Source: an uncultured Gemmataceae bacterium (GTDB taxonomy: Bacteria > Planctomycetota > Planctomycetia > Gemmatales > Gemmataceae). Taken from it: DNA of 64,000 bases. Of this stretch, positions 57,430 through 64,000 are shown piece after piece. Position 1 is the first letter of the stretch; each line of letters opens with the position of its first letter. The stretch lies in NCBI GenBank assembly GCA_963815035.1, contig CAWFFC010000026.1, positions 97,587 through 161,586 on the forward strand, given 5' to 3'. A program made the position numbers and the translations under genes. The notes under the pieces are model-generated. The model did no database searches, was not told where the DNA came from, and worked only from the letters and a program-made list of their open reading frames with translations.

Positions 57430-58617
57430 CTATGGCATTGGATCATCTTCGGGTTGGCTAAGCGCTCGTGGGTCGATCGCATATCCCCACGCTTCGAAGT
57501 TTCGCCGCCAGGCCTGCGCGACCTTCTGGCGCGTTTCCGCCTTCAAAGGCGAGTACTCGTTCTTGCGATAATTCTTCAATGAAGTCACATACTTCGCGAG
57601 CGGCTGGCGAATCGGCTCGAAGCCATTCAAGTCCAGCGCCTCATACAGGCGTTCCATTTGCCGCATCGGGTCGCGGGCCAAATCGGTGAAGCGGATGTCG
57701 TAAAATCTCCCCTGGGGAATCAGCGACTTCTGCTCGAAAAACGCGTCATACATGTCGCGATAATGTCGCAGGATCCGCTCGTCGAGATTTTCCGAGTGTG
57801 ATCGCTGCAGGCCAATCATATCCGCCATCACTTCGTACAGATGCCGACTCGATTGAAAGACCTTGTACGGGTCGCGATGAATATGCACGAAGCGGGCGTC
57901 GGGGAACATCTCCAACAGCAACTTAATCCGCGCCGTGTGCGGTGGCGATTTCAGCACCATCGGCTTGCCATGCGCCAGGGTCATCCGCTTCATGAACCAG
58001 ACGAAGCCCGCCTGCCAGCGTTCGACTTCGTCGCCTGGGACATCGCGAAAGGTCAAGTATTTTTCAAACTGTTCGGCTCGCCGCGAAAACATGAAGCCGA
58101 AGTATGGCGACATGCCCGTGATCATCAGCAGCGCCAGTTCATCCTCGACCGGCTCATTGGGCCCCATCGGCATCGAATCGACAATCCGTCTTTGCGGCAT
58201 GAGCGAGCCGGAAAGGCGCTTTCCAATCGGCCCAAATACGCCAAAGGTGAATGGGTTATAGGCCTGAAACGTGCTCAGCGAGCCTAACCGATGATCGACC
58301 GAAAGCAGGTTTTGCAAAAGCGTCGTGCCGCTTCGATAATGGCCCAGCACAAACACCGGCGGCGGAATCGCGACCGAATCAAGTTGCGACCCGAGCTTGC
58401 GCGTCTCCCGCCGGCTCATGATCGATGTCAGCGAACTGCAAACCAGATTCAACGCGACCTTCGGCCAAAACTCCGGATCGACATCGAACTGCACGCCGCG
58501 CATGAACTGCCACCAGTCGCGCACGCCGCACCCGCCAACGGCGGACAAAGCCGGGTGACGAAGTAGGTTTTCAACTTCTCCGCGCCCGCCGGCCGCGGCA
58601 CGTGATTCTGAGGCATG
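57430..58617 (-). CDS. Sulfotransferase family protein, one frameshift near 58550
   Basis: 5'-PSB motif ..VLGHYRSGTTLLQNLL..; the ATG at 58617 (MPQNHVPRPAGAEKLKTYFVTR..) joins the main ORF after a shift. Confidence 0.7.
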   Translation of the reverse strand, partial: HASESRAAAGGRGEVENLLRHPALSAVGGCGVRDWWQFMRGVQFDVDPEFWPKVALNLVCSSLTSIMSRRETRKLGSQLDSVAIPPPVFVLGHYRSGTTLLQNLLSVDHRLGSLSTFQAYNPFTFGVFGPIGKRLSGSLMPQRRIVDSMPMGPNEPVEDELALLMITGMSPYFGFMFSRRAEQFEKYLTFRDVPGDEVERWQAGFVWFMKRMTLAHGKPMVLKSPPHTARIKLLLEMFPDARFVHIHRDPYKVFQSSRHLYEVMADMIGLQRSHSENLDERILRHYRDMYDAFFEQKSLIPQGRFYDIRFTDLARDPMRQMERLYEALDLNGFEPIRQPLAKYVTSLKNYRKNEYSPLKAETRQKVAQAWRRNFEAWGYAIDPRALSQPEDDPMP

Positions 58618-58723
58618 GGAGGGGATCCTCAGAGGAGATGGGCCTGTTTTATGTTCTACCAGATTCGGCCGACACGAAACTACGGACGCCTGGGTGGCCC
58701 TCGCATCCTACTCGACTCGGAGT

Positions 58724-59126
58724 TTACGCAGGGAACAATTCATCGTTGATTAACAGTTGACGAAGTTCGACTCGCAGCGGATCATTGATCCGAAGCAGAT
58801 TAATCGTGACCCGACCGATGGCAGTGCGCCCGATCAGACACGGGCCATTCCATCGAAAATGACGAACCCAGCTGTGCCGTCGCGGATGGAACAGCGGAGT
58901 AAGTTTGCCTCCTTGCTTCTCTAGACTTGCGAGATCCGAGCCTTTGAATGAGTTTGCAATGGAAACAACTGAGCGCGAGATTGCTGGCGATCGTTTTGCC
59001 GCCATGTTTCCTGGCAATGATGTGATCGATTTCAAATGGAATCTCATCGCACTCCTGCGGAATTCGGCAATACTCGCAACAGTCGCCGGCACGTAGCCGG
59101 ACCAGTCGCGTTAGCGCTGCATCCAT
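58724..59126 (-). CDS. HNH endonuclease, one frameshift near 58920
   Basis: ..CCEYCRIPQECDEIPFEIDHIIARKHGG..NLALSCFHC.. (HNH) continues in the frame of ORF 58724..59092 (..TPLFHPRRHSWVRHFRWNGPCLIGRTAIGRVTINLLRIN..). Confidence 0.7.
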
Positions 59127-59133
59127 GAGCTGC

Positions 59134-59436
59134 CTACGAAGAAACTCGTTTGCCGGACTTCATCCGTAGCGTTCGTCGGGCGTTCGCTTTCAGGATTGAT
59201 AGCAACGTGCCGGCCTTTGCGTAAGCCTGCAACTCCTGCTTTTCCTCGGCAGACAGATCGTCGGCCTGATTGCGCGTTACAAGTTCGTGTATCCGTGTCT
59301 TGTCGCCTTCGCTGAATTCGCGATTGAGTATGTAGCGAGCCAACAAGGGCGGCATCGTTCCGTTGTTGTCGCCCAAAATGCGTGCCAGGATTTGAATCTC
59401 ACTTGCGACGTTGAGGTCGACGGCCGGTGATTTCAT
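59134..59436 (-). CDS. Hypothetical ~100-aa protein immediately upstream of the HNH endonuclease gene
   Basis: MKSPAVDLNVASEIQILARILGDNNGTMPPLLARYILNREFSEGDKTRIHELV..; the N-terminal extension of ORF 59134..59619 runs through the repeat element and is not credible. Confidence 0.45.
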   Translation of the reverse strand: MKSPAVDLNVASEIQILARILGDNNGTMPPLLARYILNREFSEGDKTRIHELVTRNQADDLSAEEKQELQAYAKAGTLLSILKANARRTLRMKSGKRVSS

Positions 59437-59520
59437 CGTTCGCCTCCGCTTGCTTGCCATGCCTATCATAGGGCCAAGGCGACGCGCATGTCGAGAGTCG
59501 TTCAGGAACCCGCACTTGTG

Positions 59521-59600
59521 TCGTATTGCCACTGCTTGGTCGCCTTCGAGAGCTTCGCCATCAATCCCAACCGTCGCTGGCGGCCAAGCAGTGCCATCGC
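59521..59600. repeat. Dispersed copy (inverted) of the CACTGCTTGGCCG palindromic element seen in the tandem array at 7766-8192
   Basis: ATTGCCACTGCTTGGTCGCC..CGTCGCTGGCGGCCAAGCAGTGCC is the reverse complement of GGCACTGCTTGGCCGCCAGCGACG..CCAAGCAGTGGCAAT at 7796-7870. Confidence 0.75.
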
Positions 59601-59858
59601 GCCCGCAAGAAATCTGCACTTGCGGGCCAGCGACTGGCGATTATCGTGATGCCCGGCTCACTGAGGCTCGCAGCGCCGCGAAGGACTTGTGAACTTCTCC
59701 AGCTCCGTTTTTAGTCGGTCGGCGTCCTTATTGCGGATCGCAGTTTGCACTTCCTGAAGTGCTTCCTTCGCCGAGCGGCTAGATTTGCGCAATGGTACGC
59801 CCTTTGCTTGCGGTATATCGGCATCACGACTGTTCGCCCGGTCGAATGGCAATGGGGA

Positions 59859-60203
59859 ATGGACATGGCTCATCATCAATATCAATCGTGTATCGAGGCC
59901 TGTGTACGTTGCGCCGAGGAGTGCGAGCATTGTGCTGACGCCTGCTTGGGCGAAACCGATGTCAAGAAAATGGCCGAGTGCATCCGGTTGGATCGCGACT
60001 GCGCGGAAATCTGCTGGATGGCGTCGGCGTTCATGAGCCGAGGGTCGCAGTTCGCCGCCGACGTTTGTCGCATTTGCGCTGAGATTTGCGAAGCGTGCGG
60101 CGATGAGTGCGCCAAGCATCCGATGGAGCATTGTCGGCGTTGCGCGGACGCCTGCCGGAAATGCGCCGAGGAGTGCCGCAACATGGCGGGAGCCGCCGTC
60201 TGA
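59859..60203 (+). CDS. Cys-rich four-helix-bundle copper-binding protein (DUF326/YhjQ family)
   Basis: Four repeats of the C-x3-C-x2-C-x3-C type (CIEACVRCAEECEHCADAC.., CRICAEICEACGDECAKH.., CRRCADACRKCAEEC..). Confidence 0.8.
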   Translation: MDMAHHQYQSCIEACVRCAEECEHCADACLGETDVKKMAECIRLDRDCAEICWMASAFMSRGSQFAADVCRICAEICEACGDECAKHPMEHCRRCADACRKCAEECRNMAGAAV

Positions 60204-60458
60204 ATCGTCCCGTTGTTCACCATTCGGCGCCGCTGTCCGGTTGCAATTCACCGCGTCCGGGCAACGGCACTTCGAACCCGTTTCAGCCAGTGCATTTCTG
60301 ATCTGATGAGATTGCAATGATTAGTGTTCAAGCGTATAATATTTGAGAAAACGAGCGATCAGGTTGTGCGCTCGTCTTGGAGGCATTGAGTCATGAACTC
60401 AGTATGGCCTGTGATCTGTGGTTGTTGTTCGATCGGCGCCAACAACACACCAACAAAG

Positions 60459-60590
60459 CGGACAAACCGGACAAGGTTTTCGATGTTCGGGAATTCGGCG
60501 CGCAACCGCCTGGAAGAACAAGCGCTTGCGTCAAAAGCAGGTCATCCAATTGACATCGGCGATGTCCGCTTTTGTCCGGTTTTTGGCGGC
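60459..60590. promoter_or_regulatory. Candidate operator: two direct 10-bp motif copies (AAAGCGGACA, AAACCGGACA) and, ~100 bp downstream, their two reverse complements (TGTCCGCTTT, TGTCCGGTTT)
   Basis: Lies in the 500-bp intergenic region upstream of the acyltransferase gene; the arrangement fits paired protein-binding sites better than a simple hairpin. Confidence 0.35.
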
Positions 60591-60706
60591 GCAAGTTCGG
60601 CATCAAATTCGCATTATTCACTTGTGTGGGCGCGGCAACGGACTTGCCGGCGCGTGCTATGATTGAATAGCGGCTGTCAGAATTACGGCCGCCGATTGAG
60701 AGAACC

Positions 60707-61858
60707 ATGAAGGCCCGGCCCGACGAATTCCTGAACCACATGCCCGCGACGGCGTTCGCCTTCCGCGGCTACAACATCGAAAATCTTGGCCGCACGCCCG
60801 AACTGCTCGATCACCCGGTTTATGGCCCAACCGTTGAATCGGCCCTTCGCGAAGGCGCCGAAGTTTGCGGCAAAGTCATCGGCCGCCCGGTTGATCTGGT
60901 TTCGCGTATTCGCAATCGAATCGAGACTCGCGACCTCTCGACCTATGCCGAGGATGTTGCTCTCATCGTCAGCGTCGAACTCGCTCAAATGCGATTGCTC
61001 AAGGAGCGGTTCGGCGTCTCGTTGCCGGGCGCGGCTGGCTTTTGGCTACAGCCTGGGCGAGGCCGCCGCGCTAGTTGCCTCGGGCATGTACGAGATGAAA
61101 GATCTCCTCAAGGTGCCCTTGGCCCTGGCGGAGGATTCGGTCGCGTTGGCGCAAGATGTGGCCATGGGCGTGCTGTTTTGCGCGGGCCGGCGCTGGACAT
61201 GGCCGACATCAAACGTGCCTGCGTGGAAATCAGCCAGCGCGGCGACGGGGTCATTGGTGTATCGTCAGTTCTCTCGCCCAACTGCGTGCTGCTCTTGGGC
61301 CAAAACGGCACGGTGGACCAATTCAAAGCTTCAATGCCGGATTGGCTGCCGCGCGCGGCCAACCTCCGCAAGAATCCGCACCGCTGGCCGCCGTTGCATA
61401 CGCCGATCACCTGGCAACGATCGATCCCGAATCGCGCCGCGGTGATGTTGCAGACGATCCCCGGCGGCCTGACCGCGCCGCCGCTGCCCATCCTTTCGAG
61501 CGTCACCGGCAAGGCGAGTTACACCGCCGAGAATAGTCGCGAGTTGATCCACAAGTGGGTCGATCACCCGCAGCAGCTCTGGACTCAGATGGTGGAAGTG
61601 CTTGAATCGGGTGTGCGGACGGTCGTCCATGTTGGGCCGCTGCCCAATTTGATTCCCGCCACATTTAAGCGGCTGAGCGACGATGTTTGCGGGCAATTGA
61701 ACGGCCGCTCGCCGAGGCGCTTCGGCCTGCGGATCGCCTCGCGCATGGTGCGGCGGAAATGGCTATCGCGAATGCTTCCTTCGGCCGCAATCCTGCTGCG
61801 AGCCCCGCTGCTCAATCACGTCATTTTGGAAGACTGGTTGCTGGACCAGAAGTCATGA
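60707..61858 (+). CDS. Malonyl-CoA:ACP transacylase-like acyltransferase (FabD/AT-domain fold), about two frameshifts
   Basis: A shifted frame (ORF 60786..61445) contains the ..AFGYSLGEAAALVASG.. GxSxG acyltransferase motif; N- and C-terminal parts are in the 60707..61858 frame. Confidence 0.5.
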   Translation: MKARPDEFLNHMPATAFAFRGYNIENLGRTPELLDHPVYGPTVESALREGAEVCGKVIGRPVDLVSRIRNRIETRDLSTYAEDVALIVSVELAQMRLLKERFGVSLPGAAGFWLQPGRGRRASCLGHVRDERSPQGALGPGGGFGRVGARCGHGRAVLRGPALDMADIKRACVEISQRGDGVIGVSSVLSPNCVLLLGQNGTVDQFKASMPDWLPRAANLRKNPHRWPPLHTPITWQRSIPNRAAVMLQTIPGGLTAPPLPILSSVTGKASYTAENSRELIHKWVDHPQQLWTQMVEVLESGVRTVVHVGPLPNLIPATFKRLSDDVCGQLNGRSPRRFGLRIASRMVRRKWLSRMLPSAAILLRAPLLNHVILEDWLLDQKS

Positions 61859-61859
61859 C

Positions 61860-62816
61860 TCATTTCGATGGATCGAACAGCAACGGAAAAAACCTTCCGC
61901 CCATCGGTTGACCGGCGGGAATCGCATCGACGCCCTTCAGCAAGGGTTGGTTCAAATCGGATTTGACCCCGTCGCGAAAAGCGTTGATGACGGTGGCTCG
62001 TCGAGGGCGATCGGTTGAATTCGCGAACGAGCCGTGAACCATCAATGGATGATGGAATGACGCTTCGCCTTTCTTCAACTCAATCGCGACCGGTTTGAAG
62101 TGGGCTTGTTGTTCGGGGGAAAGGACTGTTTGAATCGCATTCATGTCGCCAGCCAGGCCGGTGATCGGCAGCAGCTCCCAGCGATGGCTTCCCGGCACAT
62201 AGTGGACGCAGCCATTCTCCTTGGTCGAATCGTCGAGCCCGATCCAGCAGGTAATATGAGCCATCGGCTTGGTGCGGGTCCAGTAGGAGTAATCCTGATG
62301 CCAGGCGACCACGCCGCCATGCTTGGCCGGTTTGCAGAAGAGTTGATCGTGCCAGAAGCGGACCGCGCCGGCAAGAAGTTGGCTCGCGGCCACGGTAAAG
62401 GCAGGGTGCCAAAGGAGATCGTGAAAGCCCGGCGTGATTCGCCAAGCGCCAAGGGCATGAAACAGCACCCGCGAAGGATCGGGCGATTCGTTGGTGTGAT
62501 ATTCGTGAAATAGTTCGTTGCCGGGGTGTTTGGGATCGAAGAGCCCATCGAGCTCGCCGCGAAGTTGTTCGATTTGGGCGCCATCGAGAATGCGAACGCC
62601 GGCCAGGTAGCCATGTTCGTGATAGAAGGCAACCTGCTCGTCGGTCAAACGGAATCTGTCCCATTCGTCGCGGCTGGATGGACGCGGAACGAAATTCGTG
62701 ATGGGATGCGAGTGCTGGGAAAGGTCCTGAATCATGGCGATACCAATACTGACCGGCGAGACGGCGGCTTTGTTTCCGCGGGGTTCCGGCGGGACAAGCC
62801 CGCCGGCTCGATTCAT
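61860..62816 (-). CDS. Phytanoyl-CoA dioxygenase (PhyH) family Fe(II)/2-oxoglutarate oxygenase
   Basis: ..WHQDYSYW.. and ..HYVPGSHRW.. His-x-Asp...His facial triad context. Confidence 0.7.
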   Translation of the reverse strand: MNRAGGLVPPEPRGNKAAVSPVSIGIAMIQDLSQHSHPITNFVPRPSSRDEWDRFRLTDEQVAFYHEHGYLAGVRILDGAQIEQLRGELDGLFDPKHPGNELFHEYHTNESPDPSRVLFHALGAWRITPGFHDLLWHPAFTVAASQLLAGAVRFWHDQLFCKPAKHGGVVAWHQDYSYWTRTKPMAHITCWIGLDDSTKENGCVHYVPGSHRWELLPITGLAGDMNAIQTVLSPEQQAHFKPVAIELKKGEASFHHPLMVHGSFANSTDRPRRATVINAFRDGVKSDLNQPLLKGVDAIPAGQPMGGRFFPLLFDPSK

Positions 62817-62833
62817 TGTGGGTATCGTATGAA

Positions 62834-63610
62834 TCAGACATCACGGCGGGCAAAACCGGCCAGGCCGATGAGCGCGAGGATGCAGGACGCGGCCGCTGTC
62901 ACGCCGAGGACGTTCGCGACCAGCACCGAGTCGTATTCGCCCATGAACATGGTCGGGAGCAGGCGAAGGATCCGATCGGGCGTCGGATACGACTTGGGCA
63001 ACAATTCCATGAGCAGCCCGCCGCCATAAAGCCCGACCCAAAGCATGGTCATGCTGACGCGCGTGCTCGGGCAAAGCGCGCTGAGCGTAACGCCGCCGGA
63101 AATGACGACCATCAACATCGAGACGATCAAGACCAGCGCGATCAGACTCCCAACAAGTGTCAGATTATCGTGCAGTAGGAATCGGCTGGCGAGCAGCATC
63201 GCCACGCCCAATACGAACACGGTGCCAAGGACGCTCGCCAGCCGGGCATGCCATTTGGCGAGAAAATATTGGTAGCGGCTGATGCCACGGCTGAGAACGG
63301 AATCGGCGAGGGTGCCGCGCTCGGCGGAAATGCTGCCGACGCTCAAGGCCGCGATCACGGCAACGCTGCCGCCCATCACGACCCAGCGAATGAGATCGGC
63401 GGTGACATCCGAAGCGTGCACCATGAACCCGCCTTCGCGGACGGCCCCCATGCGATAGGTGAGATAACCAAATGCTGCCAAAAACATCGCCAGCACCCAG
63501 AGCCGATAGCCCCAGTTGCGGAAGGTTTGGCGAATGTCGGTTTGAAATACCGCGACGTAAGGCAGCCAGCGGCGATATCGCAGGACAGTTGCAACGGCGG
63601 GTGCATTCAT
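62834..63610 (-). CDS. ABC-2 type transporter permease
   Basis: 258-aa ORF with 6 TM helices, downstream of an ABC ATPase. Confidence 0.6.
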   Translation of the reverse strand: MNAPAVATVLRYRRWLPYVAVFQTDIRQTFRNWGYRLWVLAMFLAAFGYLTYRMGAVREGGFMVHASDVTADLIRWVVMGGSVAVIAALSVGSISAERGTLADSVLSRGISRYQYFLAKWHARLASVLGTVFVLGVAMLLASRFLLHDNLTLVGSLIALVLIVSMLMVVISGGVTLSALCPSTRVSMTMLWVGLYGGGLLMELLPKSYPTPDRILRLLPTMFMGEYDSVLVANVLGVTAAASCILALIGLAGFARRDV

Positions 63611-63627
63611 GGCAGGAGTCTGCGGGT

Positions 63628-64000
63628 TTAGGCGGCTTCCGCGCCCGTGTAAAGTCGCGTGAAGCCGCGCGATTCCTCGGTTTCCACCAGGTCCAAGTAG
63701 GCTTGCTCGGTCTGCTGGCCAACGCTGCGGATGCTAACCAGCGACACTTTGTTATCGGCGAGCGTGACGAATACGTTCGCGAGCGCCGTGCAGTTCGCGA
63801 CGTCGGGATGCAGAAGCAGTTCGAGCCGGCGTTGTTTCAAGTGCACGGTTTTGAATTCGCTCATGGTCTTGATGACCTGCACCGCCTTGGTGATCGTCTT
63901 TTGGTCTCCTTCGAGATCGAGTTCGTAGTGATTCTTGCGGATGCGGCCTTTGAGTTCCGAGAGCGAACCGCAAAAAATCATCTGCCCGTGATGCAGCACG
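63628..64000 (-). CDS. ABC transporter ATP-binding protein (C-terminal part only; continues past the right edge)
   Basis: ..SGGQRQR-like region is off-window; the visible tail ..VLHHGQMIFCGSLSELK.. is a typical ABC ATPase C-terminus. Confidence 0.65.
   Translation of the reverse strand, partial: VLHHGQMIFCGSLSELKGRIRKNHYELDLEGDQKTITKAVQVIKTMSEFKTVHLKQRRLELLLHPDVANCTALANVFVTLADNKVSLVSIRSVGQQTEQAYLDLVETEESRGFTRLYTGAEAA

Noticed and set aside
59658-60317. 219-aa minus-strand ORF
   Set aside because: Antisense to the Cys-rich DUF326 gene, whose four CxxxC repeats are unmistakable.

Overview
This is a high-GC (~62-65%) chromosomal window that looks like Planctomycetota. The evidence is two DUF1559/prepilin-leader family proteins, many Ser/Thr kinases and ECF sigma factors, a giant ECF anti-sigma-alpha-2-macroglobulin protein, and long perfect GC-rich hairpins acting as intergenic terminators. 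Core genes present are argG, nadE, mgtE, ileS, dnaA and eno. Accessory genes include a beta-CASP MBL RNase, a NupG-type nucleoside symporter, ABC-2 permeases, an M16 peptidase, an HSL-type esterase, an acyl-CoA desaturase, an HDC-like decarboxylase, an FHA protein, a sulfotransferase, an HNH endonuclease and a PhyH dioxygenase.

Many conserved genes are interrupted by frameshifts, so their ORF-track pieces have to be merged (ileS by at least 10, the A2M-like gene by at least 4, argG by 2). Neighbouring multi-kb genes (the P-type ATPase, the M16 peptidase, the ABC-2 permease) are intact. This points to heterogeneous sequence quality or selective decay; gene boundaries for frameshifted loci are approximate.

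The most unusual observations are:
- a roughly 160-bp GC-rich palindromic element (perfect 30-bp stem) inserted inside the enolase coding region;
- a P1B-type ATPase fused to a C-terminal SPFH/band-7 (HflK/C-like) domain;
- an ECF sigma factor followed by a roughly 1,950-aa anti-sigma-alpha-2-macroglobulin (thioester) fusion;
- a MITE-like repeat family with a CACTGCTTGGCCG palindromic core, present as a tandem array at 7.8-8.2 kb and as a dispersed copy at 59.5 kb;
- a truncated GH57-like gene remnant abutting nadE.

No CRISPR array, rRNA gene or convincing tRNA gene was found.
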